Assembly: GCA_001825035.1 (NCBI GenBank)
Contig: MHUO01000004.1
Span: 155,476-219,475 of the forward strand
DNA: 64,000 nucleotides
Origin: Candidatus Wildermuthbacteria bacterium RIFOXYD1_FULL_50_12
GTDB taxonomy: Bacteria > Patescibacteriota > Minisyncoccia > Minisyncoccales > UBA10102
Direction: 5' to 3'
The stretch's first letter is position 1, and each line of letters opens with the position of its first letter. Below are positions 56,094 through 64,000 of the stretch, in pieces. A model generated the notes under the pieces. It had not been told where the DNA came from. It ran no database searches and was given only the letters and a program-made list of their open reading frames with translations. The position numbers and the translations under genes are program-made.

Positions 56094-58826
56094 ATGTTTA
56101 CGCCAAACCATTGGTACGCAAAAGACGTTTTTGAGGTGCTTGGAGAACTGCGTGGAACTGAGCAGGGCTTGAGCGAGCAGGAAGCAAAGAAGCGCTTGGA
56201 GAGCGAGGGGCAGAACATCCTGCCAGAACCCAAGACAGACAGCGTATTGATTATTTTTCTCCGTCAATTCAAAAGCCCGCTTATTTACATCCTCTTGGGG
56301 GCCGCTGTCCTTGTGTTTGCGATGGGAGATTACGTGGACGCCTTGATCATTGCGACGGTGCTCGCGCTCAACGCCACCATCGGGACGTATCAGGAGGGAA
56401 GGGCGCAGAACACCTTGCTCGCTCTTAAGAAATTCGCGGAAACCAAATCAACGGTGGTGCGTGGCGGGAAGGAATATATCGTGCGAGATAGAGAATTGGT
56501 GCCGGGGGATGTTATTATTTTGCAGGAAGGGGAGAAAGTGCCTGCCGACGGTCGGGTTTTCGTTTCCAATAACCTTCGTGCGGACGAGTCCGGCTTTACG
56601 GGAGAATCCACTCCCGTGCACAAGATGGTAGAGATGCCGTCTGAAGTGTTGGAGTTGGGAGAGGGCATTCCGGTTTCAGAACAGCGCACTATGGTATTCA
56701 AGGGGACTATGATTGTGGCCGGCAACGGAAAAGCAATTGTCACGGCAACGGGCGTGCGCACCATCATAGGGAAAATTTCCCAGGAGATTGGAGCAATCAG
56801 CACGGATGTTCCCTTGAAGGCGAACATACAGTTGCTCTCTCGGTTTATCGTCGGGGCGACTTTCAGCATCTCCGCCTTCTTGTTTCTGACGGGCGTGTTC
56901 GTTTTCGGAAAAGATCTGCTGGAAATGTTTAAGCTCATTGTGGCTCTCGCAGTTTCCTTTATCCCCGAAGGGTTGCCGGTCGCATTAACGCTTGTGCTGG
57001 TTGCCGGCGTGTGGCGCATGGCAAAGCGGAACGCATTGGTGAAGCGCCTGCAGGCGGTAGAAGCCCTCGGGCAGGCACAGGTGATAGCGGTGGACAAAAC
57101 CGGCACCGTTACCACAAACGAACTGGTAACACGGAAAGCGTATATCGCAGGCAGGGTGTTTCATGCGACGGGGGACGGATATAATCCCGAGGGCAATTTC
57201 TTTCTCTACGAGGAACTCGTGCATCCGCAAGATTTTCCCGAACTTCAGTTTGCCGGGAAGGCGGCGGCGTTTTCCGCCAGCGCGAATGTGTCGTTCGACG
57301 AAAAAGCAAAACGCTGGAACGTAACCGGAGATCCCACGGAAGCCGCCATCCTCGTGTTTGGGCAAAAGCTCGGATACCAAGGAGAGAAGTGGGAGGAACA
57401 ATTCCCGCTTGTGTATGAACTGCCATTTGATTTTACGCATAAAGTGCGCCTCGTGGTGCGGGAAGACGGGAATGAATACCGAGTGTTTGTTACGGGCGCG
57501 CCGGAGCACGTGATGGCATTATGCGGCATGATCTGGATGCCCTCTGGTCGGCAGTCCCGCATGACAGAAAAGGAGCGGACACAGCTTGAGGCGGTATTTC
57601 ACGGGATGACGCGGGAGGGTCTGCGCGTGGTTGCGTTTGCGACGGCAGTGGTGAAGCCGAGGCGCAGAACAGAAGCCGCAAACCCGTTTGACTGGATTCA
57701 GTTAAACTCCATGCCAAAACTTGCCTTTTGCGGATTTTGGGGTATGCAAGACACCGTGCGCCCCGAGGCAAGGGCGGCTTTGACGCGCGCGAGGGAAGCC
57801 GGCATGCGCGTGGTGATGGTGACGGGAGATCACAAGCTTACGGCGCAGGCCATTGCCCGGGAAGTAGGCATTTGGCAGGAGGGGGACGATGTCCTCACGG
57901 GATATGACATCGGCACCTTGAGCGATGAGGAGCTGGACGCGCGTCTTGGAAAGGTAAGCGTGTTTGCCCGCGTTGCGCCCGAGCATAAGCTCCGCATTAT
58001 TCAAGGATTTCGTCGCCGAGGAGAGATTATTGCAATGACGGGGGACGGCGTAAACGACGCTCCGTCTTTGGTTGCCGCAGATTTGGGGGTGAGCATGGGA
58101 CGCGTTGGCACGGAGGTGGCAAAAGAAGCATCGGATATCGTGCTTCTCGACGATGATTTTGGGAGCATCGTTTCTGCGGCAGAAGAAGGGAGGAGTATCT
58201 ATCGCACCATCCGGAAGATATTGCAGTATGTGCTCTCCACGAATACGGGGGAGGTGTTGACGATTGCTGCGGTGCTCTTTTTGTTTCCCGAACACCCTCT
58301 GCCTTTAATAGCAGTCCAGATTTTGTGGATGAATTTCGTGACCGATGGGTTTCTGATGACGGCGCTTGCCATGGAGCCCAAGGAAAAGAATTTGTTGAAC
58401 GGATTTCAGAAAAAGCCGGGGAAGTATCTGGTGGACGCACCTCTCCTCGGAGTTAGCTTGTTCATTGGATTGACCATCGCGGTGGGAAGCGTACTCGTAT
58501 TTTCCCATTATCTGCAGGAAGGAGTGGTCGTTATGCAAACTATGGTGTTGACTACTATGGCTTGCTATCAATGGTTCCGCGCGTGGAGCGCGAGGGCGGG
58601 GGATTCTTCGCTGTTTCGAATCAGCCCGTTTTCCAACCGTTGGCTGCTCCTCGCTACCGTGCTCGTTGTGAGCTTGCAGATGATGGCGGTGTACGCGCCC
58701 TTTATGAATAAGATTCTGCGCACAGCCCCTCTTGAGTGGTCCGACTGGTTGTTGGCGTTTGGCATGGGGTCAACGGTGCTTGTCGCAGAAGAACTGCGCA
58801 AACTTCTCAAGAAGATTCGGCCCTAA
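56094..58826 (+). CDS. Cation-transporting P-type ATPase (type IIA, Ca2+-like)
   Basis: TGES, IPEGLP, DKTGT, TGD, GDGVNDAP. Confidence 0.93.
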   Translation: MFTPNHWYAKDVFEVLGELRGTEQGLSEQEAKKRLESEGQNILPEPKTDSVLIIFLRQFKSPLIYILLGAAVLVFAMGDYVDALIIATVLALNATIGTYQEGRAQNTLLALKKFAETKSTVVRGGKEYIVRDRELVPGDVIILQEGEKVPADGRVFVSNNLRADESGFTGESTPVHKMVEMPSEVLELGEGIPVSEQRTMVFKGTMIVAGNGKAIVTATGVRTIIGKISQEIGAISTDVPLKANIQLLSRFIVGATFSISAFLFLTGVFVFGKDLLEMFKLIVALAVSFIPEGLPVALTLVLVAGVWRMAKRNALVKRLQAVEALGQAQVIAVDKTGTVTTNELVTRKAYIAGRVFHATGDGYNPEGNFFLYEELVHPQDFPELQFAGKAAAFSASANVSFDEKAKRWNVTGDPTEAAILVFGQKLGYQGEKWEEQFPLVYELPFDFTHKVRLVVREDGNEYRVFVTGAPEHVMALCGMIWMPSGRQSRMTEKERTQLEAVFHGMTREGLRVVAFATAVVKPRRRTEAANPFDWIQLNSMPKLAFCGFWGMQDTVRPEARAALTRAREAGMRVVMVTGDHKLTAQAIAREVGIWQEGDDVLTGYDIGTLSDEELDARLGKVSVFARVAPEHKLRIIQGFRRRGEIIAMTGDGVNDAPSLVAADLGVSMGRVGTEVAKEASDIVLLDDDFGSIVSAAEEGRSIYRTIRKILQYVLSTNTGEVLTIAAVLFLFPEHPLPLIAVQILWMNFVTDGFLMTALAMEPKEKNLLNGFQKKPGKYLVDAPLLGVSLFIGLTIAVGSVLVFSHYLQEGVVVMQTMVLTTMACYQWFRAWSARAGDSSLFRISPFSNRWLLLATVLVVSLQMMAVYAPFMNKILRTAPLEWSDWLLAFGMGSTVLVAEELRKLLKKIRP

Positions 58827-58860
58827 CATTGCGGGGGATTTTAGGATAAGATGGGAGGGT

Positions 58861-60636
58861 ATGGAGGGGAAAATTCGGAATTTTGTCATCATTGCGCATA
58901 TTGACCATGGAAAGTCCACGTTGGCGGACCGGTTTTTGGAATTGACCGGAGCCGTGGAAAAGCGGCACATGAAAGAGCAATTTTTGGATCAAATGGAGCT
59001 GGAGCGGGAGAAAGGAATCACCATTAAACTTCAGCCCGTTCGCTTAAAGTATAAAGATTACATTCTCAATCTGATCGATACTCCCGGGCATGCGGATTTC
59101 AGCTATGAGGTATCGCGCTCGCTTGCCGCGGTGGAAGGAGCAATTCTGCTGGTGGATGCCACCAAGGGCGTGCAGGCGCAGACTTTGGCGAATCTGAAAC
59201 TTGCAAGAGAGGAAGGACTTACTATTGTGCCCGCCATAAACAAAATTGATTTGCCCTCAGCGCGAGTGGAGGAAGTGTCGAGATCCATTGCGGATTTGCT
59301 TACCATTGAGGAACGCGACATTCTGCGCATTTCAGCAAAGACGGGGGAGGGCGTGAAAGAACTTTTGGAAGCGGTGGTGGCACGGGTGCCCTCGGCCAGG
59401 GAAGAAACAGAGAAGCCACTCCGCGCGCTCGTATTTGATTCGCATTTCGACGCTTTCAAAGGAGTGGTGGCGTACGTGCGCGTGGTGGAGGGTATGGTGA
59501 AGACAAACGACGCGCTTTTTCTTATGGCATCGCGCGCCGAGAGTACGGCAAAAGAGGTAGGGCATTTTACGCCCGAGGAGGCGCCAGACCCGGAAGTGCG
59601 CGCAGGGCACATTGGCTATATTGCAACCGGACTCAAGGAATCGGAACTCGTGCGTATCGGAGACACCATCACGCTTAGTCAGAGCGCTCAGATTGCGCCC
59701 TTGGAAGGATATAAAAGGCCAAAACCCGTGGTGTTTGTGAGTTTTTATCCGCAAGATCCCCAGGATTTTGACGTGCTCAAAGACGCGCTTTCTAAACTTA
59801 GGTTGAACGATCCTTCCTTTGAATATGAGCCAGAGTCGCACGAGGCGCTCGGCAGGGGATTCAGGTGTGGATTTTTGGGCGTGCTTCATTCTGAAATTAT
59901 TTCAGAGCGCCTGCAGAGAGAATATGGAATTCAGCTGGTTATTTCGCGGCCGTCGGTTGAGTTCAAAGTTACGGATCTGAAAGGTAAGGAATTTTCCATA
60001 AAGACCGCGGCAGAGTGGCCAGAGGAGCATCAGATTCAGTCGGCAAAAGAGCCCTGGGTGTGGCTGGAAATTGTCACGCCATCCTCCTACTATTCACAAA
60101 TGGTACAACTGCTCTCCCAGCTCGAAGGGCAGCTGCTGGAAACCAATACTATTTCACAGCACGCACTCTCGGTTATTTTTGAAACACCCCTGCGAGAAAT
60201 TGTGATTGACTTTTACGACAAACTCAAAAGCGCCACGCAGGGCATGGCCTCCATGGATTATCAAATTGCGGACTGGAGGCCGGCAAACTTGGTGAAGCTT
60301 GAAATTCACATTGCAGGGCAAGTGGAGGAGGCGTTTTCGCAGGTCGTTTCCCGCGGCAAGGCGTATCGGGAAGGAAAGGCGGTCGCGGAAAAACTGAAAG
60401 AACTGCTGCCGCCGCAATTATTCGCGATGCCCATTCAAGCCGTGTCAGAAGGCAAGGTCATTGCGCGAGAAACCATAAAGGCACGCCGCCGCGACGTGAC
60501 CGCTCCTTTGTACGGCGGAGATGTAACGCGCAAGCGGAAATTGCTTGAGAAACAGAAAAAAGGCAAAAAAGAACTCGCCGCAAAAACCCGCGTGCACATT
60601 CCCTCCAAAGTGTTTCTTGATGTGTTCCGGAGTTGA
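58861..60636 (+). CDS. lepA: Elongation factor 4
   Basis: IAHIDHGKSTLADR, DTPGH, GFRCGFLG.LH, YGGDVTRKRKLLEKQKKGK. Confidence 0.96.
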   Translation: MEGKIRNFVIIAHIDHGKSTLADRFLELTGAVEKRHMKEQFLDQMELEREKGITIKLQPVRLKYKDYILNLIDTPGHADFSYEVSRSLAAVEGAILLVDATKGVQAQTLANLKLAREEGLTIVPAINKIDLPSARVEEVSRSIADLLTIEERDILRISAKTGEGVKELLEAVVARVPSAREETEKPLRALVFDSHFDAFKGVVAYVRVVEGMVKTNDALFLMASRAESTAKEVGHFTPEEAPDPEVRAGHIGYIATGLKESELVRIGDTITLSQSAQIAPLEGYKRPKPVVFVSFYPQDPQDFDVLKDALSKLRLNDPSFEYEPESHEALGRGFRCGFLGVLHSEIISERLQREYGIQLVISRPSVEFKVTDLKGKEFSIKTAAEWPEEHQIQSAKEPWVWLEIVTPSSYYSQMVQLLSQLEGQLLETNTISQHALSVIFETPLREIVIDFYDKLKSATQGMASMDYQIADWRPANLVKLEIHIAGQVEEAFSQVVSRGKAYREGKAVAEKLKELLPPQLFAMPIQAVSEGKVIARETIKARRRDVTAPLYGGDVTRKRKLLEKQKKGKKELAAKTRVHIPSKVFLDVFRS

Positions 60637-60641
60637 AGGTA

Positions 60642-60704
60642 TTGACAAGATTGCTTGCCCTTGCTATACTTTAGTCAATTAAAGTGCTTTAGTAGGATAA
60701 AGCA
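60642..60704 (+). promoter_or_regulatory. Promoter TTGACA-17-TATACT overlapped by tandem CTTTA-N6-TAAAG palindromic operators
   Basis: Sites tactttagtcaattaaagtg (60667-86) and tgctttagtaggataaagca (60685-704). Confidence 0.7.
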
Positions 60705-60710
60705 GATGGT

Positions 60711-61031
60711 ATGGCAAGATGGGATAATAGAACAACTGAAGAATTGCTAGAAGCGTTTGTCTCTCTGAAAAATAGATCAGAAGCAAAGAAGTTTTTGCGC
60801 GACTTGCTGACCGAGCAGGAGATTATTGAATTTGGCAAACGATGGAAAACAGCGCGCATGCTTAGCAAAAATGTGCCTTATTCCAAGATCGCGAAAGAAA
60901 CGGGGCTGAGCTCTACCACTATTGCCCGTATTTCCCGCTGGCTGAATAAAGGCATGGGTGGCTACGAACTTATGATTAAGCGCCTTGTAAACGATCATCA
61001 TCGCAATCTGACCCTCGTGAGAAGGGAATGA
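60711..61031 (+). CDS. YerC/YecD TrpR-like repressor (HisR-type)
   Basis: FLRDLLT..EI....RW..A.ML....Y..I...TG.S.TTI.R..RWL..G.GGY. Confidence 0.9.
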   Translation: MARWDNRTTEELLEAFVSLKNRSEAKKFLRDLLTEQEIIEFGKRWKTARMLSKNVPYSKIAKETGLSSTTIARISRWLNKGMGGYELMIKRLVNDHHRNLTLVRRE

Positions 61032-61135
61032 TTGTGATTGCTTTATTTTTGATATTTTAATCACACTCGCTCCCTTCTTAGAAGGGAGTTTTCTTTTCTG
61101 AGAAGAATAGATCTTTCATAAAAAGGGGGAGAGAA

Positions 61136-61300
61136 GTGAGTGATAGGAGAGGTTTTATTCTCGTCGTGATCATATGGCTTGTCCTTATAAGCATCGCGCT
61201 TTTCGTTGGGTTTCCGCGTCCACCTCCTATCGGTGAAAGGGAAGAATGCCATATAGTTTTTCCAAGAGTGGGAATAAGCAGCTGCGATATAAGAAGATAG
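61136..61300 (+). CDS. Small membrane protein with prepilin-like N-terminus (54 aa)
   Basis: GTG start after AAGGGGGA; MSDRRGFILVVIIWLVLISIALFVGFP...; two Cys. Confidence 0.45.
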   Translation: MSDRRGFILVVIIWLVLISIALFVGFPRPPPIGEREECHIVFPRVGISSCDIRR

Positions 61301-61319
61301 AAAAGGAGAGAAAAGAACG

Positions 61320-62144
61320 GTGATTAAGATAGCATTCCCGAAGGGGCGTAATTTAGCGCGCGCAGTAGGAGCTGCCGATAATCTTTTAAGGGAGAGCTTC
61401 GGAGCAGACCTTTGGATAAAATACGTAGCAAAGTACGTCTACGAATGGAACGGTGGTGCGGGCAAGGAGCCACTTTTTCGCGGCGTGTTTATGCGAGCTC
61501 GCCATATCCCCGAGCTGGTTGCAAAAAGGAATTACGAACTCGGAATTTGTGGGCGAGATTGGGTAGCTGAGAGCGGCTGGGGGGTCTTGCGCGATCACTA
61601 CGAGGCAAGGCATAGGGGGTTCGGCTACCACGAGATAGAGGTTTGGTCGCAGGAGAAGGAGAACAGCCTTATTGTCACACAGCCTCTCGATCGTTTGGTG
61701 GACATCGTTCTCTTTTGCGCAGAGAACGATCCCGTTGCCGCTGGTCTGGACGATGCGGGGCTGCCTGGGCACTATTCAAGGATAGCCCAAGTACTGAGGA
61801 ATCAAATTCTGAGTGAATACCCCAGGATTACTCAGAAGTACGGCCTGGATTGCTTAACCTACAACTGGCCGTTGGACCTTGAATTGCCCCAATACCCTAA
61901 AGTTGTAGCTTGTTCAGGTTCGGCAGAGTCGCATATTCCCCACGACTACCGCTTTGGCGTTTGTGTGAGAGAGACGGGAAAAACACTTGAGCTGAGTCAT
62001 CAGCGGGTGCTCCACGTGATATTTAAGACAGGCGCTGTGTTAATCGCAAATTACGAATGGGAGGAAAATGAGTCAAGTGGGATTTTCTATCGTATCTACG
62101 AGGCAATGAGGCGAACGAAAGCTTTCGCAGGACGAAGCAAGTAA
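61320..62144 (+). CDS. Divergent ATP phosphoribosyltransferase-like protein (HisG catalytic-domain fold)
   Basis: IKIAFPKG, RARHIPELV...ELGICGRDW..E, SEYP.IT, GSAE, ETGKTL, LIAN. Confidence 0.65.
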   Translation: MIKIAFPKGRNLARAVGAADNLLRESFGADLWIKYVAKYVYEWNGGAGKEPLFRGVFMRARHIPELVAKRNYELGICGRDWVAESGWGVLRDHYEARHRGFGYHEIEVWSQEKENSLIVTQPLDRLVDIVLFCAENDPVAAGLDDAGLPGHYSRIAQVLRNQILSEYPRITQKYGLDCLTYNWPLDLELPQYPKVVACSGSAESHIPHDYRFGVCVRETGKTLELSHQRVLHVIFKTGAVLIANYEWEENESSGIFYRIYEAMRRTKAFAGRSK

Positions 62145-62161
62145 AAGGGAGACGAGAACGC

Positions 62162-62197
62162 AAGGGCGGTTTCATCTGAAACCGCCCTTCACTTTTT
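62162..62197. terminator. Intrinsic terminator (likely bidirectional)
   Basis: aagggcggtttca/tgaaaccgccctt 13-bp stem followed by a T tract. Confidence 0.75.
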
Positions 62198-62235
62198 AGG
62201 CAAAAGCGGGTATAATGCGCGTGCGGAGAGGATTG

Positions 62236-62331
62236 TTAAAAGAGAGGAGCCAAGAGAAACACAAACATTGAGAGTACGATAAGGAAGACAACAACAATCC
62301 ACACCCCGCGAATTATTTGTTTTGATTTCAT
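62236..62331 (-). CDS. 31-aa single-TM protein (DUF4044-like)
   Basis: MKSKQIIRGVWIVVVFLIVLSMFVFLLAPLF*; minus-strand TTGTCG-17-TACCAT promoter 9 nt upstream. Confidence 0.5.
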   Translation of the reverse strand: MKSKQIIRGVWIVVVFLIVLSMFVFLLAPLF

Positions 62332-62340
62332 GATTGGTTT

Positions 62341-62748
62341 ATGGTAGCAAAAATTTCCAGGTTCGACAAACAAAAAAGGCAGGTGCTTGAGGGCATGGTT
62401 GCGGCTGCGGCATTTGTGATTGTACTTGCGAGCATTATGGGATTTTTCGTGTACCAGAACGTGAGCACCTATCAGAAACGCGCTGGGCTCGAAAACAGAT
62501 TGCAGGAGCTTCAAGCACAGGCGATTGATCTCGCCCTGCAGAAGGAGATGCTGGAGGCAGCCGTTGCAGATACCCAGACCGAAGAATATCAAGAGCGCAT
62601 GCTGCGTGAGCAGGGGCTGTATAAGAAAGAAGGGGAACAGGTGGTAACTGTTTTGCCGCCCGAAATCACTTCCGAAACAATATCCCAGGAAGAAAATATA
62701 AAAGAGCGTGTGTGGTGGAAACCCTGGACGTGGTTTGAACGTGAGTAG
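62341..62748 (+). CDS. Septum formation initiator (FtsB/DivIC-like)
   Basis: TM + coiled coil + E...RE.GLYKKEGEQV. Confidence 0.8.
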   Translation: MVAKISRFDKQKRQVLEGMVAAAAFVIVLASIMGFFVYQNVSTYQKRAGLENRLQELQAQAIDLALQKEMLEAAVADTQTEEYQERMLREQGLYKKEGEQVVTVLPPEITSETISQEENIKERVWWKPWTWFERE

Positions 62749-62751
62749 GCT

Positions 62752-62825
62752 GCGGGATTCGTATAGTGGTAGTACGTAACCTTCCCAAGGTTGAAGCGCC
62801 GGTTCAATTCCGGTATCCCGCTCCA
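62752..62825 (+). tRNA. tRNA-Gly(CCC)
   Basis: Cloverleaf, GCGGGAT acceptor, anticodon loop ttCCCaa, GGTTCAATTCC T-arm, encoded CCA. Confidence 0.95.
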
Positions 62826-62834
62826 GAGGGCGAC

Positions 62835-62906
62835 GCCGATGTAGCTCAGTGGCAGAGCAACTCTTTCGTAAAGAGTAGGCCGTCGGTTCAAATCCGACCA
62901 TCGGCT
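62835..62906 (+). tRNA. tRNA-Thr(CGT)
   Basis: GCCGATG acceptor, TAGCTCAGTGG D-arm, actct-ttCGTaa-agagt, GGTTCAAATCC. Confidence 0.95.
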
Positions 62907-62931
62907 CCGTATCATTAGGTGTTCGGATATT

Positions 62932-64000
62932 GTGACGGCTCGCGATTTTTTCAAATTATCAGCAGTTCTGGTTCTTGAGATTTTCATCGCGTATGGGATG
63001 ATTTTCGTTTTGGAAGAAGCTGAAGAAATTGCTGAGATCGCGAATTTTCCTCAAGCGCCAGCGCCCGCACGCGCCTTGTCGGTGATAGGGCCGGTCGTCC
63101 AAGATTTGCCGGAGGAGCCGTCTCAGCCTTTGCTCCAAGACGGGCTGGCAAATCCCCCCGAAATCATCAAGGCGGTGTATCTTACGAGCTGGTCTGCGGG
63201 AACTTCAGCGAGGATTGATTATGTGGCTAATCTTGCCAAGACCACGGAACTCAACGCCGTCGTTATTGACATTAAGGACTTTTCGGGCGAGATCGCGTAT
63301 TTTACCAATGTGCCGGAAGCTTTCACATACGGCGCTCATCGAATAAAGATAGGGGATATTGAAGCCCTGCTGAAGCGGCTGCACGAGGAGGGGTTATACG
63401 TTATTGCGCGCGTTACGGTGTTCCAAGACCCGGTGCTGGCGAGGGCGCGGCCCGATCTTGCGGTGCAGAGCATCGCAAAAGAAGGCGTCTGGGCCGACTA
63501 CAAAGGGTTAGCATGGGTGGATCCCGCGTCTCGCCAAGTTTGGAACTATATTGTGTCCATCACAAGGGATGCGGCAAGCAGGGGGTTTGACGAAATAAAT
63601 TTTGACTACGTGCGTTTTCCTTCGGACGGCAATCTGCAGGACATGCGTTTCCCTGTCTGGGACGGACGGATGCCACAACAGCAGATTATACGGGAATTTT
63701 TCGCTTACTTGCGGGAACATCTGTCAGACGTAACGATTTCCGCGGATTTGTTCGGCCTGTCAACGTCCAGCAGAGACGATCTTGGCATCGGGCAGATAAT
63801 TGAAGATGCTTTTGAGTACTTTGATTATGTGTATCCTATGGTATATCCTTCCCATTACGCTGACGGATACCGAGGATACTGGAACCCCGCAGAATATCCT
63901 TATGAGGTAGTGCATTTTTCTCTCGCGAGCGCGCAGGTGCGTCTGGCGGCGCTGCGCGCCGCCAGACCGGAACGTCAGTTTGCCAAACTCCGCCCTTGGC
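62932..64000 (+). CDS. DUF4015-like putative glycoside hydrolase (runs off window)
   Basis: Open frame from GTG 62932: KAVYLT, TELNAVVIDIKD, ARVTVFQD, GFDEINFDYVRFP, PMVYPSHY. Confidence 0.85.
   Translation, partial: MTARDFFKLSAVLVLEIFIAYGMIFVLEEAEEIAEIANFPQAPAPARALSVIGPVVQDLPEEPSQPLLQDGLANPPEIIKAVYLTSWSAGTSARIDYVANLAKTTELNAVVIDIKDFSGEIAYFTNVPEAFTYGAHRIKIGDIEALLKRLHEEGLYVIARVTVFQDPVLARARPDLAVQSIAKEGVWADYKGLAWVDPASRQVWNYIVSITRDAASRGFDEINFDYVRFPSDGNLQDMRFPVWDGRMPQQQIIREFFAYLREHLSDVTISADLFGLSTSSRDDLGIGQIIEDAFEYFDYVYPMVYPSHYADGYRGYWNPAEYPYEVVHFSLASAQVRLAALRAARPERQFAKLRPW

Noticed and set aside
62752-62906. Genomic island integrated at the tRNA genes
   Set aside because: No integrase and no duplicated tRNA 3' fragment within the window.
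62332-62987. Long minus-strand ORFs 62236-62901 and 62589-62987
   Set aside because: They are antisense to two tRNAs and the ftsB-like gene; only the last 31 codons of the first look like a real protein.

Overview
A 64 kb stretch of bacterial chromosome in genetic code 11, almost all genes on the + strand, most likely Patescibacteria/CPR (Parcubacteria-like). This is inferred from the sigma70-r4/HARE-HTH protein, the TrwB/HerA-like ATPase pair, the HPDGRP-type SecA zinc finger and many leaderless promoters. (1) 1-31.5 kb: a very large surface-glycan cluster (GDP-heptose enzymes, NeuA/NeuB ulosonic acid, CDP-3,6-dideoxyhexose enzymes, two split transketolase pairs, methyl/acetyl/glycosyltransferases, Wzx, PglF/CapD). 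It is interrupted by an aminotransferase plus two PP2C-like genes flanked by a duplicated promoter. (2) 31.5-36.7 kb: FN3 surface protein, a 6S-like ncRNA, murB, an unannotated 31-aa protamine-like ORF and secA. (3) 36.7-44.9 kb: an accessory array directly behind secA. The first gene junctions each carry a decayed copy of the SecA SEC-C coding tail, as if genes were serially captured at the secA 3' end. The cargo is dominated by nucleotide house-cleaning enzymes (4 Nudix, ITPase, Maf, IMPase, queuosine-salvage hydrolase). (4) 44.9-64 kb: core genes secD/secF, pgk, recJ-like, rnhA, rnpB, murJ, P-type ATPase, lepA, a YerC/HisR + orphan HisG-like module, ftsB-like, tRNA-Gly, tRNA-Thr and a DUF4015-like gene running off the end. 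No CRISPR array, integrase or transposase was seen.
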